Assembly (NCBI GenBank): GCA_016704525.1
Contig: JADIZX010000009.1
Span: 42,625 to 106,624, forward strand
Source: Myxococcales bacterium
GTDB taxonomy: Bacteria > Myxococcota_A > Polyangia > Polyangiales > Polyangiaceae
Reading direction: 5' to 3'
Length of the DNA stretch: 64,000 bases
Shown here: positions 46,471-55,299 of the stretch, one piece after another
Layout of the letters: the number at the start of each line of letters is the position of its first letter
Position numbering within the stretch: the stretch's first letter is position 1
Notes under the pieces: model-generated
The model's input: the letters and a program-made list of their open reading frames with translations, nothing else
Told to the model about the DNA's origin: nothing
Databases searched by the model: none
Made by a program: the position numbers and the translations under genes

Positions 46471-47385
46471 CTAGAGCGACGTGTTCATCACCGCGCGCGT
46501 GACGGTGTCGGCCACGAGGGGGTACTTGTTCGCGCTCAAGGGCACCGGGAACGCCACCCCGGTGAGCTTGCAGCCGGCCTTCGCGCCGGCGAACTCCACC
46601 AGCCCGGTGCCGGGCGTGACATTGGAGATGAACACGTTGGCGCCGCGATCGCCGGCGCTGGCGGTGAGCGCGAGGTTCGGGTTGAAGGAGCCCGAGTCGG
46701 CGTACTGAACCACGGCCTCCGGGTGGCCCGGGATCGTCACGACGAAGCCGCTCGCGTCGCAGGTGGGCTCGGCCCTGTTGATCACCAGGTAGAAATGGGC
46801 CTTCGCGGCGTTGTAGGTGGCGTCGAAGGACCCCATGGTCGTCTTCGCGAACACGGAGACGTCGGTGTCGGTCCGCACGCCGGGGGGGAAGTTGTAGACG
46901 ACGCTCGCGCTCTTGTAGAAATCCGCGGGGTTCGTGGACGTCACGAGCAGGTAGTGGTTCACGCCAGTGGTCGGAGTGAAGCGCACGCGCGAGCCGGCGT
47001 AGGGGAGGGGCGCGCTCGTCCCCTGGCACGCGTCCACGAGCTGGATCGAGGTCTTGCCGCTGGGGTCGGTCCCGCTGTTCGCGGGGTTGAGCTTCACATC
47101 GGTCGCGCCCTTGTCGGTGCACGCGCCGGCCTCCGTAGGAGCGTCGGGCGAGGCGTCGACTGGCGGGGGTGCATCGGGCGTGGCAGCGTCCGTCGCCGTC
47201 GCTGACGCGTCGGGGGTCGGCGTGGTGGTCGTCGTCGTCGCCGTCGTCGTGGTCGTCGTGGTCGGCGCGGGGCCCGCGTCGGTCGCGGCCGGATCGCTGC
47301 TGCAGGCGCCGAGGGGCGCGAGGGGCGCGATCGCGCCGACGGCGAGGAGGGCGAGCAGCGGACGCTTCAGGGTGAAGTTGTGCAT
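46471..47385 (-). CDS. Secreted lipoprotein with poly-Thr linker
   Basis: Lipobox LAPLGACSS. The run TTTTTTTATTTTTTPTP is encoded by GTC/GTG-rich repeats. Cys-containing C-terminal domain. Confidence 0.6.
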   Translation of the reverse strand: MHNFTLKRPLLALLAVGAIAPLAPLGACSSDPAATDAGPAPTTTTTTTATTTTTTPTPDASATATDAATPDAPPPVDASPDAPTEAGACTDKGATDVKLNPANSGTDPSGKTSIQLVDACQGTSAPLPYAGSRVRFTPTTGVNHYLLVTSTNPADFYKSASVVYNFPPGVRTDTDVSVFAKTTMGSFDATYNAAKAHFYLVINRAEPTCDASGFVVTIPGHPEAVVQYADSGSFNPNLALTASAGDRGANVFISNVTPGTGLVEFAGAKAGCKLTGVAFPVPLSANKYPLVADTVTRAVMNTSL

Positions 47386-47561
47386 GAGGCCTAGCTAGGG
47401 GGGGGCGAGTGAAGGTGGGTACAAGCATACGCGGCCGAGGCGGAGAGGCAACCGAACATCGAGCGCCCGCGAGGAGCGGCGAACGCAGCGATGCGAGGCG
47501 GGCCGGGCGCGGCGAGCTTGGAGATTGCGTCACGCCTCGCGCGGCGCTACGAGGTCCGGGG

Positions 47562-48329
47562 TTGCCCACGGCCATCGACATACGCGGGGTGCACCGGCGC
47601 TTCGTGACGGGCGGGGGCACTCTCGCCACGCGCGCGACGGTCACCGCTCTCGACGGCGTCGACCTCGCCATCGAGGAGGGCAGCTTCGTGGCGCTCATCG
47701 GCCCCTCCGGCTGCGGCAAATCGACCTTGCTCCGCATCATCGCCGGGCTCGACGCGCCCAACGAAGGGACCGTACGGCTCGACCCGGACCACGCGCGCGC
47801 CATCGCCTACGTGTTCCAGGACGCGCACCTCATGCCGTGGCGCACGGTGGCCGAGAACGTGGGGCTGCCGCTCGAGCTGCGCGGTGTGCCGCGCTCCGAG
47901 CGCGAGGCGGCGGTGGCAGCCGCGCTGGAGCAGGTGGAGCTCGCGGACGCGGCGACGCGCTACCCGGCCGCGCTCTCGGGCGGCATGCGCATGCGCGCGT
48001 CGATCGCGCGGGCGCTCGTCACGCGGCCTCGCCTGTTGCTCATGGACGAGCCGTTCGCGGCGCTCGATGAGCTCACCCGCCAGCGCCTCGACGAGCGCCT
48101 CCTCGCGCTCTGGCGCGAGCACCGCTTCACGGCCCTGTTCGTGACGCACGCGATCTTCGAGGCGACGTTCCTCGCGGAGCGCGCCGTCGTGCTCTCCGGT
48201 CGACCCGCGCGGGTGCTCCACGACGCCGCGATCGACCTACCGCCAGAGCGTACGGCCGCCCTCCGCGGCGAGCCCGCCTTCGCGCGCGAGGCCGCGAGGC
48301 TCCTCGCCGCGCTCGACGAGGGCGCGTGA
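47562..48329 (+). CDS. ABC transporter ATP-binding protein (aliphatic sulfonate/nitrate/taurine NitT/TauT family)
   Basis: Walker A GPSGCGKST, Q-loop, LSGGMRMR signature, Walker B LLLMDEPFAALD. TTG start chosen at LPTAIDIRGV; the stop overlaps the permease GTG start. Confidence 0.8.
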   Translation: MPTAIDIRGVHRRFVTGGGTLATRATVTALDGVDLAIEEGSFVALIGPSGCGKSTLLRIIAGLDAPNEGTVRLDPDHARAIAYVFQDAHLMPWRTVAENVGLPLELRGVPRSEREAAVAAALEQVELADAATRYPAALSGGMRMRASIARALVTRPRLLLMDEPFAALDELTRQRLDERLLALWREHRFTALFVTHAIFEATFLAERAVVLSGRPARVLHDAAIDLPPERTAALRGEPAFAREAARLLAALDEGA

Positions 48330-49099
48330 CGCGAGCGACGCGCGTCGTGCTCCCACCGCTCCTCGCCGCGGCGGTGGGCCTCGCGCTGTGGGAGGGCGCG
48401 GCGCGCGGGCTCGCGATCCCCGCGTACCTCCTCCCGCCGCCGAGCGCCGTGGCGCGCGCGCTGGTCAGCGAGGCCTCGGTGCTCGCGGCGGCGACGGCCA
48501 CCACAGCGGCGGCCGCGCTGGCCGGCTTCGTCGCGAGCGCCGTGCTCGGCGTCGCGTTCGGCTTCCTCCTCGCCTCCTCGCGCACGATCGAGCGCGGCCT
48601 CTACCCCTACGCCGTGATCCTCCAGACCGTCCCGATCGTCGCGATCGCCCCGCTGCTCGTGCTCTGGTGCGGCGTGGGCTCGCGCGCCGTCGCGGCCTCG
48701 GCGTTCATCGTCTCGGTCTTCCCCGTGATCACGAGCTCGCTCGCAGGCGTACGAGCTGTGGACCCCTCGCTCCGCGCGCTGTTCGCGCTCTATCGGGCCT
48801 CTCGCTTTCAAGTGCTCGTGAAGCTCGAGCTGCCCGGGGCAGCCCCACAGATCGCCACGGGTCTCCGCGTCGCGTGCGGCCTCGCGGTGATCGGCGCGAT
48901 CGTCGGCGAGTTCGTCGCCGGCTTCTCCGAGGGGAGCCCAGGGCTCGGCATCCTCGTCATGACCTCGTACCGACAGCTCCGCACCGACCTCCTGTTCGCG
49001 GCGGTGGGCTGCTCCTCGCTGCTCGGCATGGCGATGCTCGGGGCGGTCTCGCTGGTGTCGCATGGCCTCCTGCGTCGCTGGTGCGCGCCCGCGCGCTGA
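48326..49099 (+). CDS. ABC transporter permease (SsuC/TauC-like)
   Basis: Six predicted TM segments and the EAA-like loop typical of BPD-type permeases. GTGA overlap with the ATPase gene. Confidence 0.8.
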   Translation: MTRATRVVLPPLLAAAVGLALWEGAARGLAIPAYLLPPPSAVARALVSEASVLAAATATTAAAALAGFVASAVLGVAFGFLLASSRTIERGLYPYAVILQTVPIVAIAPLLVLWCGVGSRAVAASAFIVSVFPVITSSLAGVRAVDPSLRALFALYRASRFQVLVKLELPGAAPQIATGLRVACGLAVIGAIVGEFVAGFSEGSPGLGILVMTSYRQLRTDLLFAAVGCSSLLGMAMLGAVSLVSHGLLRRWCAPAR

Positions 49100-49120
49100 G
49101 CGCGCTGATCGGGTATGTAG

Positions 49121-50125
49121 GTGGGTATGCGCCGCCGCCTCGCCCTCGGGCTCCTCGCCGCCATGCCGCTCGTCCTGCTCGGCTGCAAGGGCGGCTCGAA
49201 GCCGGACCCTCAGGGACACGCCGCGGGCTCCGACGCCGCGCGGGTGACGAGGGTAAAGGTCCAGCTGAACTGGGTCCCCGAGCCCGAATTCGGTGGGCTC
49301 TACGCCGCGAGAGAGAGCGGCGCCTACGCGCGTGCCGGACTCGACGTCGACATCCTCGGCGGCGGGCCTGGCTCGCCGGTCGTGCAGCTCGTCGCGAGCG
49401 GCCAGGCCGACTTCGCGGTGGCGGGCGCCGACGACGTGGTCCTCGCGCGCTCGCGAGGCGCGGACCTCGTCGCCGTCTTCGGCACGTTCCAGACCTCGCC
49501 GCAGGGCATCATGGTGCACGCGGGCAAGCACCTCGCGTCGCTGGCCGACCTCAAGTCCGGCACCCTCGCGCTCGAGCCCGGGCTCCCCTTCGGGATGTAC
49601 CTGAAGAAGAAGTTCGGGTTCGCCGGAGCGAAGCTCGTGCCGTACGACGGGGGCATCGCCAAGTTCCTGGCTGATCCGACCTATGCGCAGCAGTGCTACG
49701 TGACCTCGGAGCCGCTCGCGGTGAAGAAGAAGGGCGAGACCCCGCAGGTGTTCCTCGGAGCCGACGCCGGCTTCAACCCGTACACGAACATCCTCGTCAC
49801 GCGGGGCGCGATGCTGAAGGAGAAGCTGCCGCTCGTCCGGGCCTTCGTCGCCGCCTCCGCCGAGGGCTGGCGCGCCTACTTGAAGGACCCGGCCCCGGCG
49901 AACGCGGTGATGCAGCGCCTGAACACCGCGATGGACGCCGAGACGTTCGCCGCGGCCGCGGCCGCGCAGCGCCCGCTCATCGAGACCGCGGAGACCGCGA
50001 AGGCCGGCCTCGGCGTCATGACCGAGGCCCGCTGGGCCACGCTCGCGTCTCAGCTCGCCGACCTCGGCGTCGTCCCGAAGGCGCTCCCGGCCGCCGAATA
50101 CTTCGCGATCGTCGCCGCGCCGTAG
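49121..50125 (+). CDS. ABC transporter substrate-binding lipoprotein (NMT1/THI5/SsuA-like)
   Basis: Lipobox LVLLGCKG. SsuA/NMT1-type periplasmic binding fold (VQLNWVPEPEFGGLY). Confidence 0.8.
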   Translation: MGMRRRLALGLLAAMPLVLLGCKGGSKPDPQGHAAGSDAARVTRVKVQLNWVPEPEFGGLYAARESGAYARAGLDVDILGGGPGSPVVQLVASGQADFAVAGADDVVLARSRGADLVAVFGTFQTSPQGIMVHAGKHLASLADLKSGTLALEPGLPFGMYLKKKFGFAGAKLVPYDGGIAKFLADPTYAQQCYVTSEPLAVKKKGETPQVFLGADAGFNPYTNILVTRGAMLKEKLPLVRAFVAASAEGWRAYLKDPAPANAVMQRLNTAMDAETFAAAAAAQRPLIETAETAKAGLGVMTEARWATLASQLADLGVVPKALPAAEYFAIVAAP

Positions 50126-50292
50126 CAGCCCGTCGAGAGGCACGCCGCTGCGCGTCGTGCGACCGCGCTGAGCGCGCAAACGTGGCGCCGGCGCGCGCGA
50201 CGAATGTGAGCGAACGGACCCCGCGGAGGCCCCTGCGCGGCACAACAAAGCCTGGGCGGTGCCGGCTCGCGCGTGCCATCCTTCCCCCCGTC

Positions 50293-51735
50293 ATGCTTGC
50301 CGCGCTTTCGAAGCTGTCGATCAGCGACTTCATCGAGCCGGGGTCGACGTTCGCCGATCGGTACATCGTGGAGCGCGAGCTGGGGCGCGGAGGCATGGGC
50401 GCGGTCATCCTCGTGAAGCACCCGCAGCTGGGGAAGCAGTTCGCGCTGAAGGTGATGTTGCCCGAGCTCGCGGAGGACGAGCGGCTCGTGGAGCGCTTCC
50501 TGCGCGAAGGCAGGGCGACCGCCCGCCTCACGAGCGAGCACGTGGCGAGGGTCTTCGACGCGGGCCGCCACCCCGCGGGCTTCCCGTTCCTCGTCATGGA
50601 GTACCTGCAGGGGAAGAGCCTGCACGAGGTCCTCCATCGCGGCACCTCGCTCGACATCCCGACGGCGGTCGACCTGCTGCTCCAGGCCTGCGAGGGTGTC
50701 GCCCACGCGCACGCCGCGGGCATCGTTCATCGCGACCTGAAGCCCGCGAACCTGTTCCTCACCACGAAGGCCGACGGCGCGCCCTGCCTCAAGGTCCTCG
50801 ATTTCGGGATCGCCAAGGAGATCGGCGGCGCGAGCCCGATGACGGCGACGGCCGAGAGCTTCGGCTCACCCGAGTACATGTCGCCGGAGCAGGTGCGCGC
50901 GGCGAAGAACGTCGATCCCCGCTCCGACGTGTGGTCGCTCGGCGTCGTGTTCTTCGAGCTCCTGACACGCCGCGTGCCCTTCGAGAGCGCGTCGGTCTTC
51001 GAGGTCGCGTCGCTCATTCTCTCGGGCGCTCCCCACGACCTTCAGGCGCTCCGCCCCGACGCCCCGCGCGGCCTCGCCGACGTCGTCGCGCGCTGCTTCG
51101 AGAAGGAGCCCGGCCGTCGATGGCCTGACGTGAGCGCCCTCGCGGCTGCGCTCGCCCCTTACGGGCCCCCGGGCTCCGAAGCGCGCGCCGCGACCGTCGC
51201 GCAGATCCTCGGCACGACCGGGGGCGCGCTGTTCGCCCAAGTTTCCCTCGCGAAAGTGGACCCGCTCGGGGAAGCGGCGACCGAGCGCTCCGTGCCAGGA
51301 CGCAGCACCGGGTTCTCCTCTCGGCGGACCTTGAGCCGGGTCGCGCTTGGCCTGCTGGTCGTCTCCTTTGGCGCGGCGGCGTTCTCGGCCTGGGCGTTTC
51401 ATTCGTCGCGGCAGGCACCCGGCGGCGCAGGCCCCGATCCGCACGCCGCGGGGACAGGCGCGGCGACCGCGGCGGTGAGCCTCCCGTCCCCTCCACCCAG
51501 CTTGGCGCCCCTGACCGCCACGCCGCCACCGGCGACCGCGTCGGCGCCTGTGAGCGTCGCGACAACACCGGGGAGCGCGGGGCGCGCGCTCGTCCCCTCG
51601 CACGCAACGACCGCGAAGCCGGCCCCCTCGGCTTCGGCGCCGCCCCACGCGGCGTCTTCCGCTCCCGGCCCTACGGCGCCCGCCCCCTCGGCCTCCGCGC
51701 CGCGCGGGCCCGGGCTGTCGCGCCACGGCGAGTGA
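50293..51735 (+). CDS. Ser/Thr protein kinase with TM segment and Ala/Pro-rich C-terminal tail
   Basis: GRGGMGAVI, ALKVM, HRDLKPANLFL, DFGIAK, GSPEYMSPEQ. TM segment VALGLLVVSFGAAAFSAWAF. Start at the internal Met MLAALSKL. Confidence 0.8.
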   Translation: MLAALSKLSISDFIEPGSTFADRYIVERELGRGGMGAVILVKHPQLGKQFALKVMLPELAEDERLVERFLREGRATARLTSEHVARVFDAGRHPAGFPFLVMEYLQGKSLHEVLHRGTSLDIPTAVDLLLQACEGVAHAHAAGIVHRDLKPANLFLTTKADGAPCLKVLDFGIAKEIGGASPMTATAESFGSPEYMSPEQVRAAKNVDPRSDVWSLGVVFFELLTRRVPFESASVFEVASLILSGAPHDLQALRPDAPRGLADVVARCFEKEPGRRWPDVSALAAALAPYGPPGSEARAATVAQILGTTGGALFAQVSLAKVDPLGEAATERSVPGRSTGFSSRRTLSRVALGLLVVSFGAAAFSAWAFHSSRQAPGGAGPDPHAAGTGAATAAVSLPSPPPSLAPLTATPPPATASAPVSVATTPGSAGRALVPSHATTAKPAPSASAPPHAASSAPGPTAPAPSASAPRGPGLSRHGE

Positions 51736-51842
51736 AGCTCACCGTCACGGCGCCGTTGCGCCCCGCCGAGCGAAGATCGGCGCGGCTCAGCGTCGGAGAC
51801 GGTCGTGAAGACCTATCGCGCCCATCTATGAGACTGAATTAG

Positions 51843-53099
51843 TTAGAAGTGCTGGGTGATCCCGAACTGCGCGAACCAGGTCGCGATCGGGTGATGGATC
51901 CGTGCGACGTCGACGCGCAGCAGGGTGTCGACGAGCGCTGTCGGGAGGAGGCGCAGGCCGGCGCCGGTCGACCACGCCGTCATCGCCGGGGTGGAGGCTC
52001 CGCGCGCGTCCATCGGCTCGAACACCGCCGCGTCCGTAAACAGCACGCCTTGCACGTACCAGCGGCGCGCGATCTCGATGGCGTGTCGAACCTCCAGGTT
52101 GGCATACGCCTGCGACCGATTCCGGTAGAGCGAGTCGGGCAGACCTCGCACGCCCGCCTGGCTGCCGAGCAGGGCGCTGTGGTTCGGGTTCCCGCCGTTC
52201 ACCGCGCTCGCGCTCGCATTGAGCATGAGAACGGTCTTGTTCCCCAGCGGCAGCCCCGCGATCGCCTTGGCCCTGAGCTCATGCCGAGGTTCGGCCGGTC
52301 CGACGAAGATGCCGGGCCGCAGCTCGAGCGCCGCGCGGAAGCCCCGGGGAGTGAGGTCGTTCCAGGTATACCGGTCATAGACAAGCTCGCTCGTCGTACC
52401 GAGGTAGGTGCCGTCGCGTGGCTGCGAGGGCCCGGACGCGCCGGTGAGGGTCTCTTGATAGGCGTTCAGCTGAAACTCGTATCGCCACTTCGTCGTGTAG
52501 AACGAGGGCGAGAGAAACTCCACCTCCGCGCCCAGGCGGTTTCGCTGCCACGTGTGTTGCGCGTCCGCACCCTCGAAACGGAAGCCGGAGCCTGCGTAGT
52601 AGATCTCCTGCTCGCGCGCCCAGCTGCGCGGGCGGTACGGGTGCTCGTGGAGCCAGAGGATGAAGTTGAGGCCTCGCTCACTGTAGCTCGCCTTTCCACC
52701 CAGGCGCGTCCCGTGGCCGTCCACGTCATGCTGAATCGCACCGAGCGTGAGCTTCGAGTCGGCCAGCGTCTTGCCCGTGGAGAGATCGAAGATCGGTGAG
52801 AGGGTGAACTTCCTGCGGACGCGGACGAGCAGCGTCGTGCCCGTGTGGTCGACCTCGACCTGGTCGAAGAGCGCGAGGGTCCTGATACGTCGCCGCAGCT
52901 CGACGAGCTCGGCGCCAGTGAACGACGAAGGCAGCGGCCTCGGCAGCAGCTCGCTGATCGTCTCTGGCTCGGTCTTCTCCAGACCTTCGCTCCGCAGGGT
53001 CTCGATCGCGTAGGTGGCGGACGGGTCGAGGTCAGCCCCCGCGGGGGTCGCGTACATCAGCGAGGCGAGTCCACACGCGAGGAGGAGTGGACGCTTCAT
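51843..53099 (-). CDS. Outer-membrane beta-barrel protein of the bacterial surface antigen (Omp85/ShlB-like) family
   Basis: Signal peptide. POTRA-like N-terminal region. C-terminal barrel with alternating residues ending in an aromatic residue (…GITQHF). Its start overlaps the BlaR1-like gene stop. Confidence 0.6.
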   Translation of the reverse strand: MKRPLLLACGLASLMYATPAGADLDPSATYAIETLRSEGLEKTEPETISELLPRPLPSSFTGAELVELRRRIRTLALFDQVEVDHTGTTLLVRVRRKFTLSPIFDLSTGKTLADSKLTLGAIQHDVDGHGTRLGGKASYSERGLNFILWLHEHPYRPRSWAREQEIYYAGSGFRFEGADAQHTWQRNRLGAEVEFLSPSFYTTKWRYEFQLNAYQETLTGASGPSQPRDGTYLGTTSELVYDRYTWNDLTPRGFRAALELRPGIFVGPAEPRHELRAKAIAGLPLGNKTVLMLNASASAVNGGNPNHSALLGSQAGVRGLPDSLYRNRSQAYANLEVRHAIEIARRWYVQGVLFTDAAVFEPMDARGASTPAMTAWSTGAGLRLLPTALVDTLLRVDVARIHHPIATWFAQFGITQHF

Positions 53100-53917
53100 G
53101 GGCTTCCCGCGAGGATCGCGACGTACGGCGCGGACGCGACGACCCCGAAGACGAACGCGGCGATCGCGAGGCTCACCGCGAAGGGCGCCAGGAACGAACG
53201 GCGCCCCTCGGGGTGCGGCGCCGGTGGGGAGAGCAACCGGCGGACACGGATCTCGAGGAGCGTCGCGTCGTCTGCCAGGGCCGCCCCCGCCCTGGTCCGC
53301 CCCTGGGCAAGGCTCGCCGCCTTGACGAGGGCGCTCGCGAGGTCGGCCGCGTCGACGTTCGGGTCCTGGACGGCCTCGTCATCGCGCGCGAGCTCGAGCG
53401 CCGCGAGCCAGGCGCGCTGTCGGAGTCGTGGGCGAGAGAAGGGCCATTGGAGATCCGTCAGGAGCTGCACGATCCAGATCCAGCGCGGATCGCAGTGACG
53501 GACGTGCGCCTCCTCGTGAGCCATCACGGCACGGAGCTCGCCGGGGCGCAGCATCGCGAGCAGCTCCGCGCTGAGCTTGACCGTGGGACGGAACAGACCG
53601 ACGGTCAGCGCCGGCCCCTCGACCTCGGCGAACACCGCGAGGACGGCCCGCACGCCCGCGCGTAGCCATACGAGTCCAAAAGGCACCGCGGCGATGAGGC
53701 GCGTGACGTTCAATCCCTGCGGGCCCTCGGGATCGGCGACCGCAAAGCCGAGCAGGACGAACAACGGCAGCGACGCGGGCAGCGCTGGAAGCCAGAGACG
53801 GCGCCACGCGACTCGCTCCCCCGCATCCGGCGGAGTGGGCACGAGCGCCCCGAAGAGCCATATGAGCGCGCCGCTCAGGAGGACGATGAGCAGCTCCGCG
53901 ACTTCGTCACGATCCAC
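53096..53917 (-). CDS. BlaR1-type M56 family membrane metalloprotease signal transducer
   Basis: Four TM segments with the HExxH zinc motif (AVMAHEEAHVRH) in the cytoplasmic loop. Overlaps the blaI stop. Confidence 0.75.
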   Translation of the reverse strand: MDRDEVAELLIVLLSGALIWLFGALVPTPPDAGERVAWRRLWLPALPASLPLFVLLGFAVADPEGPQGLNVTRLIAAVPFGLVWLRAGVRAVLAVFAEVEGPALTVGLFRPTVKLSAELLAMLRPGELRAVMAHEEAHVRHCDPRWIWIVQLLTDLQWPFSRPRLRQRAWLAALELARDDEAVQDPNVDAADLASALVKAASLAQGRTRAGAALADDATLLEIRVRRLLSPPAPHPEGRRSFLAPFAVSLAIAAFVFGVVASAPYVAILAGSP

Positions 53918-54293
53918 GACGACTCCTCCGGCGGGCGGCGATCTCCTCGGCGAGACGGTCGAGCAGGGCGGGATCGTACGTCTCGACCGCGTCGACGAGC
54001 CTGGCCACCGCGGGCTCGGGATCGCCTCCGAAGATGCGGCTCACCAGGTCGCGAACGCGTGAGCGCTCCACGGCGCGTTCCGGCCTCGCAGGTCGAAACA
54101 CGAGCGCCCTGCCGTCCCGCTCGCGGGTCACGAACCCCTTCTTGTGGAGCCGATCGAGGACGGTCGAGATGGTCGTGTAGGCGAGCCCTCGTGGCACGCC
54201 GACTCGCTCGTGCACCTCGCGCACGGTGCACGTGCCAAGCTGCCAAACGGCGGAGAGGATCTCGTGCTCTTGCTCACCCAGCGTCGACGTCAT
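53907..54293 (-). CDS. BlaI/MecI/CopY family transcriptional repressor
   Basis: Winged-helix Penicillinase_R family (EILSAVWQLGTCTVREVHERV...GLAYTTISTVLDRLHKKGFV). 128 aa from the Met at MTSTLGEQ. Confidence 0.8.
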   Translation of the reverse strand: MTSTLGEQEHEILSAVWQLGTCTVREVHERVGVPRGLAYTTISTVLDRLHKKGFVTRERDGRALVFRPARPERAVERSRVRDLVSRIFGGDPEPAVARLVDAVETYDPALLDRLAEEIAARRRSRRGS

Positions 54294-54314
54294 GTTGGGT
54301 TCAGCGTCTACTAC

Positions 54315-54350
54315 TACATCTGTAGAATGAGTCAACTACACGTGTAGAAG
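54315..54350 (-). promoter_or_regulatory. Two TACA-N2-TGTA dyads (BlaI/MecI-type operators) overlapping a TTGACT -35-like hexamer upstream of blaI
   Basis: On the minus strand: TTCTACACGTGTAG-TTGACT-CATTCTACAGATGTAG...ATG. Dyads TACACGTGTA and TACAGATGTA lie 25-55 bp upstream of the start. Confidence 0.6.
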
Positions 54351-54384
54351 GTGGGCGCCATCCAGCGCGCAGGCCATCGCCCGC

Positions 54385-55299
54385 TCAGGCTCGAGGTCGG
54401 GCCGAGAGCACGGAGGGTCCCTGCAGCACGCGCTCGCTGTCTCCCTCGATCGCCCTCACCCAGGCCTCCCAGCGAATGGGCTGGCGTGCGAAGACGAGCT
54501 CCTCCGCGGTCACGCTCGGGTGCTCGCCCTCCGCGCGGCCCCCCCTCACGACCGGCGCGAGAGAGCCGGTGCCACGGAGATCGTAGACGAGCTCCGTCCG
54601 AAAGCCCTCCTCGGGCCAGACGATGAGCCCCTCGTCCGCGATGTCATAGCGGGCCCCCTCTCCGATGAGCGCCTCGATCTGCTCGCGCACGAGATCGACC
54701 GCCGCGAGCTTGTAGAGCCCAGACAAGACCGTCTCCATGATCGCCCGCTGTTCGGGCGAAAGGACCGCGAAGAAGCCCGGCTCGCCCACGCTCGCGACGA
54801 GCCAGCCCGACTGCTCCTCGAAGTGAAGCCACGCCACGTCGCTGGCTTCCCGCTCACCCTGTTCATGGGGCGACGCGCGCAGCTCGAGGCCGACGCGGAT
54901 TCGGTTCGATCCGACCCTCACCGCGTGCACGAGGACCTCGCCCGAGGTCCACCGCCGGACACGACGCAGGAGCCCCGCGAGCTCACGCTCGACGAACGTC
55001 GTGAGACCGCGCTCGACCTCGCGGACTCCCTCTCGGTGCGCGTTCACCGAGCGCGCCCCACGTCGCGCCGCGAGCCTCAGCTTCGCGAAGAGCTTCGGGA
55101 CCGTGCCCGAGTGAAAGCCGACCACGAGCAAGCCGTTCATCGTCTCGCCGTGATGGCCAATCCGAACAGGCTCGAGCGACTCGGCGCGATTGTGTGCGTA
55201 GAGCTCCCAGTTCTCGTTGAGCTCCCACACCAAGAAGCCGAAGACGCCGGGCAGCAGGAACACCGTGGTGCCCGCGACGGTGTTCGCCACGACGGCCCC
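54385..55299 (-). CDS. C-terminal ~300-aa continuation of the same membrane protein in the +1 frame (possible frameshift or pseudogene)
   Basis: Protein-like sequence (TVFLLPGVFGFLVWELNENWELYAHNR...) begins exactly where the upstream frame degenerates. The two frames switch at a C5 (G5 on the coding strand) homopolymer at ~55296-55300. Confidence 0.45.
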   Translation of the reverse strand, partial: GAVVANTVAGTTVFLLPGVFGFLVWELNENWELYAHNRAESLEPVRIGHHGETMNGLLVVGFHSGTVPKLFAKLRLAARRGARSVNAHREGVREVERGLTTFVERELAGLLRRVRRWTSGEVLVHAVRVGSNRIRVGLELRASPHEQGEREASDVAWLHFEEQSGWLVASVGEPGFFAVLSPEQRAIMETVLSGLYKLAAVDLVREQIEALIGEGARYDIADEGLIVWPEEGFRTELVYDLRGTGSLAPVVRGGRAEGEHPSVTAEELVFARQPIRWEAWVRAIEGDSERVLQGPSVLSARPRA

